DNA of 64,000 nt from Octopus vulgaris (taxonomy: Eukaryota): assembly GCA_951406725.2 (NCBI GenBank), contig OX597827.1, positions 23,436,001 to 23,500,000 on the forward strand. Direction: 5' to 3'. The position numbers were made by a program, and so were the translations under genes. Position 1 is the first letter of the stretch. Every line of letters begins with the position of its first letter. This document shows, in pieces, positions 37,867 through 50,934 of the stretch. The notes below the pieces were generated by a model. That model did no database searches. It was not told the origin of the DNA and saw nothing but the letters and a program-made list of their open reading frames with translations.

Positions 37867-38589
37867 TTATTCTTGTTACATTGCCTGGTTAAATGCTCCT
37901 TGTTAAAGGTTCTGTCAAAGGAAATATTATCATCTATTCCTAAGTACCTGTAGCACTTTACATCGGAGAAATGATCACGCCATCAGTAGTAATGTTACTA
38001 GATATATATGTAATTCGGAATCTTGGGCTTAGTAGCCCACGCTCTTAACCACTACGCCATATGCCCGTGGGCAATTATGTAGTGAATTTTAGGGCTTATA
38101 AATCTAATATTCTCCTATCTTTCCTTAATACCGGTTCCCATATGCTGTTCATATCTGCACTCGGTCTGCTTAGGAGGCTGTTGTGTCCTAGTATCTGTAG
38201 TTCTTCTCCGTTTTATAACCATATAAGAACCATTATCCTAGCTACCCGCTCTCCTTATATCTTTTGAGAACGTCAGAAGTAGGGCCAATGCTTTCCTCCG
38301 AACCATCCATACTTTTGGAATTTGTTTTCAACTCATCCACAAAGAAACAATCTGTTAAGTTGGTATTGCTTAATCTTCAGAATGGACGGTGGGGTTTACT
38401 GAAGAAAGAAACAGCATGAAAGAGAGATGGTCACCTTGAAAAGTATATATGCCATACTGTATACTATCAGTGACCAACAGAATCACTGCACTTAACTCTA
38501 GACTGGGAACCTTGATGATGGCGTCTGAAGTTTAGCAAGTCTCCAGCATCCATGAGTGAGAATCAGAGCCAAGATTTATGCATGTCATT

Positions 38590-38869
38590 ATTATCTCCGC
38601 CTTCGCTAGGGCGGAGGTATTGTTTTCAGTCCTGTTTGTTTGTTTGTCTGTGTACAAAATATCTCAAGAATCGCTGGATGAATTCGGATGAAACTTTCAG
38701 GGATGTTTGGCATTTTTGAGAGCGGTCAGCTTCATTTTTAGTATTGTCGTTTGTGAGAGCAGTCGAGTTTATTTCAGATATTCTCATTTTAAAAATCCTC
38801 TCTGGCTAATCATTGAGAGGACTTTGGTGTTGCCTTGGCAAAGGTTTGTGCTCTCTGAGTGCTCTTGTT
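38590..38869 (+). mobile_element. Non-autonomous Helentron/HINE (DINE-1-like) element
   Basis: 5' TTATCTCCGCC..GGCGGAGG hairpin/subterminal IR, (TTTG)n array, 3' TTGGCAAAGGT subTIR and a GCTCTCTGAGTGC stem before a degenerate CTTGTT end. Confidence 0.65.
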
Positions 38870-39334
38870 CAGTTTAATTTCAAGAGTTCTTGCCAATAGT
38901 GAAAGAACCGGTTTCTAACCTAGATCCAAGGCGCCTTCAACGGAGTTTCAACAACAACAGGATATTTGTGCATGTGTGCAGTATATATGTGCAATTTTTG
39001 GAGTCATTGCAGGTGTAGATTTGTACGTTTTGTTTTATGTAGGTATTCTGATGTATATAGATGCATGTCTAGACATGCACATGTATACTTAAATCGTAAA
39101 TTTTTGGAAAGTTTTACAAATTCTGTAAGTACGAATTACAAATTTCGTGTGTATGTATGTATTAACGTATGTATGTATGTATGTATTTATGTATGTATGC
39201 GCATATATATGTGTGTGTATGTTTGTGTGTATGTGTGTGTATGCCTATATACGGATGCATGTATGGCTGTGTCTGTAAACATGTGTATATATGAATACGT
39301 ATGTATGCATATTTGTGTGTTTATGTATGCTGGT

Positions 39335-39373
<39 letters not shown>

Positions 39374-39893
39374 CAGTAGTGGTGGTGGTGGTGGTGGTGG
39401 TGGTGGTGGTGGTGGTGGTGGTGGTGGTGGTAGAGTAGGTAAGGGTATGGTAATGGTGATGGTGGGGGTGACGGCGGCAGTGAATTTCGAATCGAATCAA
39501 AAGACGAGCCTAATCGAGTTAAAATTACAGATCGATCCACTCCTAATAATCTCGCTGTATTCGATTGTTAAACTGATTGGAGCATGAGCGTAGAAACGGC
39601 TGTCTTGTTATCTTTGACACATATTGGTTCTAAAGGCTGAAAGGAGAGCAGACGGGGGAGGGCAAGGGCCCGAAAGCTTGCGATTTTATACGCCTGGCCA
39701 TGTTACATATATGGTTGTATGTGTGTGTGTGTGTATGTGTGTGTCTGTGCGTGTGTGTGTACGTGTGTACGCGTGTGTGTGAGTGTGCGCGCGCGTTCTT
39801 GTCAATAGAAATGAAAGGAAACGGTACGCAATAAAGCTTAACTGTTGAAAACCAAGCTCATATATATATATAAATTTACACATACACATAATA

Positions 39894-39934
<41 letters not shown>

Positions 39935-39989
39935 GTGTGCGTGCGTTATGTTTTATGCATGTATATAAGTATGTGTGTATATTACTGTA

Positions 39990-40285
39990 TCGACCAGATA
40001 AAATTAAATGATGTCATGCACCGCTGTTCACAGTGCACTTCCTCGCATTGTTGTAGCTTTCGATTGGTACCCCACTACAGGCTAGACAGGCAGGCAGGCC
40101 AACATTGCCCCTGATCGGAAGGCTCTTCCGTTGCAGGGGTGACCCTTTTTACAGCTGAGTGGACTGCAGCCACACTGAAATGAAGTGTTTTGCCCAAGGA
40201 CACAATGTGCAGCCGATCTGGGAATCAAAACAACGATTATGTGATTGTGAGCCGACGCCCTAACCATTAGGCCGCGCTCCTTCAC
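39990..40285 (-). mobile_element. SINE family C-like copy
   Basis: Minus strand has the head GAAGGAGCGCGGCCTAATGGTTAGGGCGTCGG followed by CCTTGGGCAAAACACTTCATTTCA. Confidence 0.7.
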
Positions 40286-40329
40286 CTTTGTGTGTGTGTG
40301 TGTGTGTGTTCTTTCTCTTTTTAAATCTG

Positions 40330-41180
40330 GAATAAATCATGACCGGCCGCCTACCTAGCAGTAGGGTTATGAAGGAAAACATCTTGCTTTAATCTTCACC
40401 CTTTAAATATGAAGGTCTTGCAGAATTTTTAGACCCAAGTATCGTGATCCTTTGTAGCATATGAATTAAAGATTTGCATTCTCTCCCCAAGGTCTCAAGT
40501 TCAGCCATACTTTGCTCCAGACGGGGCGCTATGTATCCTATTGCTCCAATGATAATTGGCACGAAGCTGAAAGTGCATCTTGAGTACTGGATTTGCAAAC
40601 TCCTTGTCAGTGGTCTTTAGATGTTCTCTTATATTTTTCTAACCACATTGGTGTCCAGACAGCAGATTCCCACAACAGAACATATTTCCTTGTGGTCCCA
40701 CACAACAATATCTGGCCGGTTGTGTTTTAATTTAGTGGCTGTTTTAATTTTTAAGTTTCACCAATATTCTTTTACGCCATCGGTCTCAATATGGTCAACT
40801 TCGTCTGTAGGTGTTTTCTTTTTTTGCTATCCTGCTCCAGACTGTAGCCTTCGAAGTGAGACATCATAAACTTGTTGCTAATCCAGGCCAAGCTTTTTGG
40901 CATGGTCAGTCGCTTCTATGGTTTATGTTTTACGTGCCAAGTAGTCATGTACTATCTTCTTTGTGAACTGGTCCATTTTCTAATATTCTGTCGTTGGAAT
41001 AAATAGATTTTACCAATTCTCCTTGGAGAGACATCTATATCAGCTCTTATTTCACACCTCTTCTCAAGTTCATTAGCAATCGTAATTATGTTGTTGTTTT
41101 CGTAGTCACAAATTTGACCAACAGAGTTACTAGTCTCTTCTCTCTGTCGCAGATGTCGTTTAAGCTTCATGATACGTGCT
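40330..41180 (-). mobile_element. RLE-type LINE 3' relic
   Basis: Minus frames give KHNRPDIVVWDHKEICSVV and FSFVPIIIGAIGYI (PD-(D/E)xK restriction-like endonuclease region). Confidence 0.75.
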
Positions 41181-41295
41181 TCATATGACACATGTATGTA
41201 TGCATACATGTATGTATGTATGTATGCATATATGTATGTAAGTATGTATGTATGTATGTTTGCATTTATGTATGTTTGCATTTATGTATGTATGC

Positions 41296-41328
<33 letters not shown>

Positions 41329-41435
41329 TGTATGTATGTATGTATGTATGTATGTATGTATGCATTTATGTGTATATGCATGCATGTATCTATGTGTATC
41401 TGTGTGTGTTTTGACTCAATATTTAGACGCTATGT

Positions 41436-42020
41436 AAGGCGGCGAGCTGACAGAAACGTTAGCACACCGGCCGAAATGCTTAGCAGTATTTCATCAGCGG
41501 CTACGTTCTGAGTTAAAATTCCGGCGAGGTCGACTTTGCCTTTCATCCTTTCGGGGTCGATAAATTAAGTACCAGTTACGCACTGGGGTCGATGTAATCG
41601 ACTTAATCCGTTTGTCTGTCCTTGTTTGTCCTCTCTATGTTTAGCCCCTTGTGGGTAGTAAAGAAATAGATACTTCGCCTGCTGTTACGTTCTGAGTTCG
41701 AATTCCGCCGACGTCAACTTTACCTTTATCCTTTCGGGGTCGATTAAATAAGTACCAGTTGCGCACTGAGGTCGATATAATCGACTTAATCCGTTTGTCT
41801 GTCCTTGTTTGTCCCCTCTGTGTTTAGCCCCTTGTGGGTAGTAAAGAAATAGGTATTTCATCTGTCTTTACTAACGTTCTGAGTTCAAATGCCGCCAGGG
41901 TCGATTTTATGTTTCATCCTTTCGTGGTCGATATATTAAGCACCAGTTGTATACTGGGGTCGATCTAATCGACTACCCCCATTCCCCCAAAATTTCGGGC
42001 CTTGTGCCTCGAGTAGAAAT
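41436..42020 (+). mobile_element. SINE family B trimer (head + 2 internal units + core/tail)
   Basis: Units restart at ~41486, ~41670 and ~41854. The last unit carries the monomer tail CCCCCAAAATTTCGGGCCTTGTGCC. Confidence 0.88.
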
Positions 42021-42172
42021 GAAATGTATTTCGAGATGCACTATTCCAAGAAAACTTATACATACATGTGTGTGTGTGTGTGTGTGTGTAATGTGTGCGT
42101 GCGTGCGTGTGTGAGTGTGTGTGTGCGCATATTCCCAGCAAATAATGTTTCAAATGTTCTTTTCTGTTACAG

Positions 42173-42345
42173 GTAAAGAAGTAGTGGAATATATAGCTGA
42201 GTACCTGTCCAATATCCGCTCCCGAAGAGTGCTTCCGGACGTGAAACCTGGCTACATGAGGAAGTTGGTGCCTGAAAATGCTCCAGAAAAAGGCGAAAAA
42301 TGGGAAAACATATTTTCCGACATCGAGCGAGTAATTATGCCAGGA
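42173..42345 (+). CDS. HDC: Internal coding exon (173 bp, phase 1 to phase 0) of a group II PLP-dependent amino-acid decarboxylase, most likely histidine decarboxylase
   Basis: Acceptor tttctgttacAG, donor GTAAGT. Encodes (G)KEVVEYIAEYLSNIRSRRVLPDVKPGYMRKLVPENAPEKGEKWENIFSDIERVIMPG. GYMR and IFxDIER resemble Hdc more than Ddc/Tdc. As I recall, human HDC also has an intron within this Gly codon and a second exon ending at IMPG. Family assignment is near certain; the HDC paralogue call is less so. Confidence 0.8.
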
Positions 42346-42461
42346 GTAAGTATTAATTAGAAGGATTTACATTTTGGTTATATTTTATCATTTACTGCGC
42401 GCTCGCGCACCCCTCAGAAGCACATGCACATAAAATGCATACATACGTATATATATATAAA

Positions 42462-43639
42462 TCTCTTATTATAAAAGGCAGATTTTATCTGCCTCCCTTT
42501 GTAAGTTATAGAAATCTACAATATAGGATTTCTTCAATTACAATTTACCTAGCATTTTTAAGAGTAGAATGCATCGGGTCATGCCAGGTCCAGTTTTTAA
42601 AATTTAAACTCCAATTAAGCAAAATTTACAGAAAACTCACATTCTGGTGTGTATGTCAAATGCTTTTCTTAGTCTGGTTTACAGCACACGCAAACGCACA
42701 CACACAGTGTGCAACGAATAAAGTGAAACTAGATGTAATATTTGTTTCTGTCTATCACGCTGATAGATACATGAGTAAAATGTATGGGAAGCTAACAGAT
42801 AAGAGTGAGTGAAAATGTTCTTGGAAGAGAGTAAATTAGCGACAGAGTGATTTGAGCAAGACTAAACTGAAAGTATGAAACAGTGTTTATGTATAAACAG
42901 ACGACACTTATATAAACCCTTTCGTTACCAAACCGCCCGAATTTACCTATTCATATTTAAATGAGAATATCATAGTAAATCTCTTTAGTACATTCGTGAA
43001 AACACGTATTATACTTCGTAAACACTTCAAATACAGTTTTGTACAAAAATCGAAGTGTAATTTTAATTCCGTGAATTATGGGAGATTTTTTTCCGAAATT
43101 TGTTCCTATTGTGTTTTCAAAAATTGTAATTCTGACAAAAAATGGATACGAATTTCATTATATCAAGCAGCGAGTCAGAATTCGAAGGATTTTCTACTGA
43201 AGACCTTCATAAATCTAACTCTATGACTGAAAAAAAAAAAGCATCTTTATATAAGAGTGAAGTTGTGTGTCTGTCCCCTTCGATTTAGATTCGTAACTAC
43301 TCCCACATTTTGCGGTGCAGTTTAACCAAAAGCGGGTATCTTATAGTCGTGATTCATATCGAGCCCTTCTGGGTATTAGCGCGCGTCTACGATGAGTCTA
43401 CGATTTAAAAAAATTTACCATCATATTTTTCCATTTTAATGCATTTTTTTCGCTTTTATATAAGGGAAGTAACTCTCTAAAAATATCTACGATGTGTCAA
43501 CGATTTAAAAAAAAAAAATTTACCTTAATTTTTTTCAATTTTTAATGCATTTTTTTGCTATTTTTTGGCTATAACTCTCTAAAAATGCTTATATAGTTAT
43601 TTCCCTTACAACCCGAGCAACGCCGGGCGATACTGCTAG
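42462..43639 (+). mobile_element. Composite non-autonomous Helitron (two 5' ends, one 3' end)
   Basis: A^TC starts at 42462 (TCTCTTATTATAAAA) and 43244 (TCTTTATATAA). 3' hairpin CCCGaGCaacGCCGGG is followed by CTAG^T at 43636-43640. Confidence 0.75.
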
Positions 43640-43704
43640 TACATATATATATATATGCATACACATATATACACACATATATGTATATGCATATGCATCT
43701 TTAC

Positions 43705-43807
<103 letters not shown>

Positions 43808-44850
43808 TAATCCAAACAAGAAAACACAAAAAAAACACAACAAGGCGAGGACGTGGAACAAATATAGTATTATTGGACGTTCAGGAAAGAAGAGTGTGTG
43901 TGTGTGTGTATGTATGCATGTCTATATGTATATATACAAATATATATACATATATATATGTATATATATATGCTTATATATATGTATATATGTATGTATG
44001 TGTGTGTATGTGTGTGTATACATTTACATATACTGACATACATATGCATATCCAGTTTCTAATTTTACTCTATTTTATCTAAGGGCTGGCCATGCTGGAA
44101 TTTCGTTGTTGATGAGTTCATTTATTACAATTCATTTCATTTTCACAACCACTTTCCATGCTTGATTTTTGTAAGATAATTAGTTGCACAACGCCATCTT
44201 TGTTTGTGTTTCTAATCGTGCAAAAGGTTCGTCTGGTATCCCGGATAAAACTTTACCCAAATGTTCTTTATACGCATTCACATCTATGTCTCGTAGATCT
44301 CTGATTGGGGTTTGGTAAAGTACTGAAAAGCTTTGAGTCCTTCAATCCTAAACTGTAACAGTATTAGGTCTCTATTGTATATGGAGAGGGATAGACCTAC
44401 CTTTGGAACTCTACTGTCGATTACAGAACCGGGGCCGCTTTAGTTTTCGGTTTCAAAGTTATGCGATGACCCCGCTGGATCTTTCACGTCTTCGCTTCAC
44501 AGAATAGAGCTTCAGTTCTATTTTTACTTGCTCCAGTCCCTCAACTGTTGCACTGAGACAATCTTAGTGTAGCAGCGTTGAATTGCTTTCAGATGTGGTG
44601 TTGGAGAACTCATTAGACCTATGTGTGTGTGTGTGTGAGTAAATTTAAACAATGCGTTCGTAGAAAGTTGATGAGCAATGCTACTGAAAGAACACTAACT
44701 GAAATATGCCTATACACTCATTACCTGCATTTTTTATCTTCGGTCGCATTGTTTACATAGACGTATCCGTATACGAAACATGCTAACTTTCAGTGCTGGC
44801 TCTGAACTCTGAGGAAATATACCTAAATATATATATATTTTCTCTTATTC

Positions 44851-44890
44851 CTTTCTGTTGAAGAGCGTAGGCTCGAAACGTAAAAGACTT
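44851..44890 (+). ncRNA. Hammerhead-like motif, CUGUUGA-core family, copy 3
   Basis: Identical 40-mer in a ~140-bp island (44839-44978) flanked by TA repeats. Confidence 0.7.
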
Positions 44891-44993
44891 TTTCATTTTT
44901 CCCGAGCGTTAAACTAATACACTTGCTTGTCGTTCATACACCTGTTTTCGTCTTTTGTTTTTCTATAAATTTCAACTGAATATATATATATAT

Positions 44994-45032
<39 letters not shown>

Positions 45033-45035
45033 GTC

Positions 45036-45122
<87 letters not shown>

Positions 45123-45809
45123 GAAATTTATTTTAAGCTGACACATCTGAAATTACAAATCTGAGTTACATGTTTTATTGATTTTCAATAAAACAAATGA
45201 ATCAAATGATCTTATATTCATACACGAAATCGAACTTGTTCGATCGGTATATAAGTAATAGACAACAGCTTGAACTAGGCGGAGCGTAAAACAGTATCGC
45301 ATACAAAACAGACGACATTTACCCGTTTGGTCTTTTAGAATATTTTAATGAAATATTCCGAATTACGATGTCAGAAACACTGAATGTTTGCTGCGCGTTA
45401 ACAAAGGAATATTTTGGCTTGTTTGGAACACATAATAGGATTGTTGAAGGTTATAAGGTGTCTGGATATTCAGCATTTAAAAAATATTCCAGTAAGCCTT
45501 TCGCCTGCAGACAACAAAATAGGTTTTTTAAGATAAAATTCCTATGAAACAATATATTCCATTTTTTGTGGGACACAAAACACACGTTTATCGTTATCCT
45601 CATCATAAGGTCTGACGTGTTCTGAAGAATTTACAGGTAATTCCATGTCGTACTTACATTTACCAGAATCGCGCCTATTTGCCTATGACTAAACTGCCAG
45701 CTATAAGGTCCAACATTTTGACAAACACCTTACGGATATTCATTGCAAAATATACAAAAATGTTCATAAAATATTAACACTAATGATATTAATTCTTTCC
45801 TATAATAAG

Positions 45810-45974
45810 CAAATTTTGGAGGAGGGGGCTGATCAATCACATCGACCCCGAATGGCTGAAAGGCAAAATCGACTTAGGCAAAGTTTGAACGCGGAACATA
45901 AAGATGGACGAAATGCCGCTAAGCATTGTCTGGCGTGCTATCGAATCTACCAACTCGTCAACTTAATAATAATA

Positions 45975-46066
<92 letters not shown>

Positions 46067-46175
46067 TTTTATACTGGAAGCTCAAGGCCTCAAATTTGGG
46101 GGAAGGGATTAAGTCGATTACATCGACTCCAGTGCGCAACTGGTACTTATATAATCGACCCCGAAAGGATGAAAC
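45810..46175 (-). mobile_element. Two degenerate/partial SINE family B copies separated by (ATG)n(TAA)n
   Basis: Reverse-complement similarity to the family B head, core and tail. Confidence 0.7.
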
Positions 46176-46180
46176 GTAGC

Positions 46181-46227
<47 letters not shown>

Positions 46228-46230
<3 letters not shown>

Positions 46231-46782
46231 GCCCTGATGCAGTACCAGGCAGTGGCTCTCATGGCTTCTGATCTTAACTGATTGGAAGTGTTATCATGTA
46301 CATTGTTTTGTCTTGGTATAAAAGATGGGCTACAGCAAATATTCTGCTCAATACCACAGATTTGCTTGTCAGTTGTTTGACCTTAATCAGTTGAGCATGT
46401 CCCTTAGTGGCTGACGATATGTGCATCTCTGATCACGAGCAGAAGTAGTGGGGGAGCATCATAGCCATGTGTTGAGAGGGATTGTTTGGGGTTTGAATAA
46501 TTCACCTCTGGAAACATGGGTGTTTCATTTAACATCCTTAAATAACCCTTATTCAAGGACCTTTTGAGTGGGATGGGTTACTCGACCAGAAGAAAATTCT
46601 AACTGGGCCCCACCTGCAAGGTCATGTGCTGTTTATCTTCATATGAGATCACCATATCGCGCACATGGTTGTGATGCATGTGCCTGGTGTACCCTTATTA
46701 GACGGGTAGTCATGACGGGTATACTGGGCTTCGTATATTTTACCTCAGTGTCACTTTGATGGCATGCACTGCTCTCTCACTC

Positions 46783-46784
<2 letters not shown>
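46228..46784 (+). mobile_element. Family D ~560-bp non-coding repeat inserted in (TAA)n
   Basis: AAATGCCCTGATGCAGTACCAGGC...CTCTCTCACTCAATAATAA. Inverted homologue at 21410-21970. Confidence 0.85.
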
Positions 46785-46832
<48 letters not shown>

Positions 46833-46944
46833 TAATAATAATAATAACATCAACAACAATAATGGAAATAATTTCTAACTTATTTTATTATTTATATGTG
46901 TATGTGTGCGAGTCAGTGTGTATATCTGTCTCTGGCTTTACATA

Positions 46945-47007
<63 letters not shown>

Positions 47008-47277
47008 ATGCGTGTGTATTTATATGTATAAATTTTGTATGAAGCATTAAAGTCTATATCTTTTTCAGGAGACATTTTCTTCAATCTTCGCCGTACATAT
47101 TTCTATGTGTAACATAAAAAAAGAAACAAAAACGTTTTTTCTCCATTTCCTCTTCACATCCTATATTAATTGATATTGTCGTTGAGTGTTTTTTTATTCA
47201 TGACTGTCACTGTCTGACGAAAACCTACGAAAAGATGTTTTTGTCAAACGCACAGACGAAAGCGTAAGCACAATTCA

Positions 47278-47355
<78 letters not shown>

Positions 47356-47506
47356 ATATATATATATATAAAACGAAAATATTGAACTCATACTTTGAAG
47401 TAGTCATTCATACCTAGGACTCGGCGCTTACACTCATGTGTGTGTGTGTGCATACATACATGTATGCGTGTTTGTGTATTATATGAATATATATATATAT
47501 ATGTAT

Positions 47507-47725
47507 AAATACAGTATACATTTAAACACATAAGAGATGGCCATAACAGGACATCTGACCCGCTAGAAGGAGCAGTTAAACTCCAAATCACTATTAGGGA
47601 TAATTTCGAAAGGGAATGAAAAATAAAATTACCCCTAATAGTGATTTGGAGTTTAACTACTCTTTCTAGCGGGTCAGATGTCCTGTTATGGCCATCTCTT
47701 ATGTGTTTAAATGTACACTGTATTT
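47507..47725. repeat. Fold-back palindrome, ~100-bp arms, ~19-nt loop
   Basis: 47507-47606 is a near-exact reverse complement of 47626-47725. Confidence 0.92.
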
Positions 47726-47820
47726 TTTTATATGAATAATATATAGTCTATTAACTAGGTTTTTCTTCCCGCTAGACTACTGATACCAAAAAAATTTCTA
47801 AAGTGTTTTGCTACCCTGGA

Positions 47821-47875
<55 letters not shown>

Positions 47876-47880
<5 letters not shown>

Positions 47881-48433
47881 ATATTTCGGAATGGTCATAT
47901 TGCCAGTTTAGCCAATAAAAACACACGCACTATATCTTTGGTGTTATTTTGCTTCAGTGTTATTTATTTTTTACATTAATCTTAATCTTATTTCGGCTAG
48001 AGTTCTTTCGTCACACTCCTGTGACCGCATCAGTGGTCCTTTGTTTTCTTCTTTCTTATTTGTGTCTCTCCTTACTAACCGTCAGCCATTTTGTATTTCT
48101 ATTGTATGTCTTCATTTGCGCATGCTTATATCTCTATGTGCGTCTATGTTTATTTACACACACTAAATAAACATAGACGCACATAGAGATATAAGCATGC
48201 GCAAATGAAGACATACAATAGAAATACAAAATGGCTGACGGTAGGGAGAGACACAAATAAGAGAAGAAAACAAAGGACCACTGATGCGGTCACAGGAGTG
48301 TGAAAACTCTAGCCGAAATAAGATTAAGATTAATGTAAAAAATAAATAACACTGAAAAAAAATAACACCAAATATATAGTGCGTGTGTTTTTATTGGCTA
48401 AACTGGCAATATGACCATTCAGAAATATAACAA
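47876..48433. repeat. Fold-back palindrome, ~275-bp arms, 7-nt CACACAC loop, containing an HHR-like motif
   Basis: Arms are 47876-48156 and 48164-48433. Minus strand 47994-48039 reads CTGATGC-g-GTCAC aggagt GTGAC-GAAA-G AACT C-TA. Confidence 0.92.
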
Positions 48434-48503
48434 TATCTGTTTCAACACACGACTTCACATAAAAAATCTTGCACAACAAATATTTAAACGTATATATATA
48501 TAT

Positions 48504-48548
<45 letters not shown>

Positions 48549-48551
<3 letters not shown>

Positions 48552-49957
48552 AGGTACACATAGCAGGGTATGTCGTGCTATGAACCGACAGACGAGAAAG
48601 GTCTCATGTAGGAGTGGTAATGTACATCCGTGATGATGTCACGTCTATGGTACTCTTGTCTCACTCCAACACTGTATGTGATACTCAGGTAGTACACATT
48701 AAACAGATGAGGTTGGTAATATGTACCACATATCGCCCACCAAATGCGTCAGATCATGAGAACTCATTTGAAGAGAGCCTCCAAAAAATATGAAAGATGT
48801 TTTGACGAATCTCGACAACGATCTGCATATACTTCTCTTAGGGTATTTCAATCTTCCTCATGTAAAATGGCCAGAGGGTTGTCCCTTTCAAGTATGTCAC
48901 TTCGAAATCGGAAGCATGCAGAGTCTTTGCCTGACTTCACTGACGCACTCTTTATGGAGCAGATGGTGCAACACCCCACAAGGAGAAAGAATATCCTGGG
49001 CCTATGTTTCACAAACAGCTCGGCACTCATACATGACGTAAAATGACACAGGCGCATTTTTTCGGACCAAAATTTAATAGAGCTAGTGATATATGGACCA
49101 CAAAAGACCACGGACATACGAAATACTAGAAACGCTCATCTCATCTCTAACCTGAATTTCCACAAAGCTGACTGAAAGGACATTGAGAAAGAGGTCCTGA
49201 AATGTAGCTAGTCCACCATCCTCTCTGGGGAAAACATCGACATGAAACTACAGAACTTCATGGCAACCATATATGATATCTGCAGTAAGTTTACCCCAAA
49301 GAGAACACCAAATCAACGGGTGAAAAATATAATGCCCAGGGATAGGAGGGTACTAATGAGACGAAGAACAAAAATCTCAAGCCGTCTTAATGGACATCTA
49401 AAAGATTTCAAACGACTCCACTTCGAATGCAACTTGCTTGAGATTGAAAACGCACTCAAACATTCTCATGAAAAGGAAAGAGCAGAAAAGAAAGCCAGGG
49501 CTATCAAAAACATTAAAGCAGACCCTAAGGCCTTCTATGGATATGCGAAAGAATCTGCTTCAGTGCGTTACAAAATAGGACCGCTACTAGATGAAAACGG
49601 CTCACCAACTGCGGACCCCCAGAGGATCAATGAATTACTGAATGCACAATACAAGAGTGCTTTCAGCATACCGCTGGGGAAGCTACGAGTGACTGTGCTG
49701 GATAGGTTCTTTGACCCCGAAGACACACTGTAACATGGCAACTGTTGATAACATCAACATAGAAAAAATTGATGTGATATCAGCTATTGAAGAGCTGAGC
49801 TGGAACTCAGCAACGGGCCCTGGTGGATTCCCTTCAGTCCTCCTAAAGAAATATAAAAGAGCTCTAGTTAGACCGCTTCAAATCTTTTTCCAGGAGTCCT
49901 TCAGGATGGGAAAACCTCTCAAAAAAACTAAAAGAGGGAATAATATGCTCTATCCAT
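48549..49957 (+). mobile_element. CR1/L2/Jockey-group LINE ORF2 fragment (APE endonuclease to start of RT), frameshifted
   Basis: GVVMYIRDD, LLLGYFNLPHVKW, MEQMVQHPTRRKNILGLCFTN, NIKADPKAFYGYAK, KIGPLLDENG and SATGPGGFPSVLLKK. Confidence 0.85.
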
Positions 49958-50934
49958 AACTTATAGCTTAGATTTCTCCGCGATTCTCCACTCGATTGTA
50001 TGTGGTGTGCAATTGGTCTTCGAACCCTATACGTGGGTGGTCAACTTGGCATTTTTAGTTTTGTCGATTTGCGAGAAAGAAGGCTGGCAGTTTGTACATC
50101 GTCCTTTAATATTGACTTCACATAAGCCGATGGGATTTTTCTTTTCAATCAAGTTAACTGAAACCCGACCTGTAATACCTAGAGTGAAGTTCAAGAAAAT
50201 ATTTGCGAGCACCCTTTTTCTTGAAACGAAATACGTCTAAATCGAGAAATACGACAAAATTTTCCAACTACATTAGAAAGTTAAACGAAAAGTCTTCTGC
50301 CTGAAAAATTAAATGAAAATTTATCGAATGACCTGAACCCTCGAAGCATGGAAGCAAAAAATATAATCTTTGGTCAGCTGCAAAAAAAGAAAAAAAATCC
50401 ACAAAGTCAATACATCCATGAAGCCTTTTTAATCACCGGATAAGAGTTATACGTGAAATGCAAACCTTAGCATGACCAAATTCCTTAGCATCTGCTTTGA
50501 AACTAAGACATGTTATCTTCAGTTGGTTAACTACATAAAAATGCATGGTCATCAACACACGTTTCTTCTAGAACCTTCCCCATTTCTTCCACCTGCCCCC
50601 GTCTCACCCTATTGTTGATGTATTGATATTTCCTAAGTCTACATTTTCTCCATTTCCGATTAATCATTCTGTATTTTCTGCCTTCGTTTATTTACTTTCA
50701 CCTTTTCATTTCTATAAAAGCACCAAATTATTTGTAGTAAAAAATGGACTGACTGTATTTCGTATTGAATCAAACACGTGTGGGTGTCTGTATCTCTCTA
50801 TGTAGGTGTGTGTGTAGGTGTGTGTGTGTAGGTATGTGTGTGTAGGTGTGTGTATAGGTATGTGTAGGTGTATGTAGGTGTGTGCAGGTGTGTATGTTGG
50901 TGTGTGAGTACACGTGTGTTTACGTATATATATA

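Noticed and set aside
39570-39610. CTGATTGG...GAAAC GGCT GTC hammerhead look-alike
   Set aside because: The core and stems I and II are too degenerate to distinguish from chance.
45300-45780. Possible hAT/ZnF-TTF transposase relic (YDEDNDKRVFC on minus strand)
   Set aside because: A single short motif in heavily decayed sequence.
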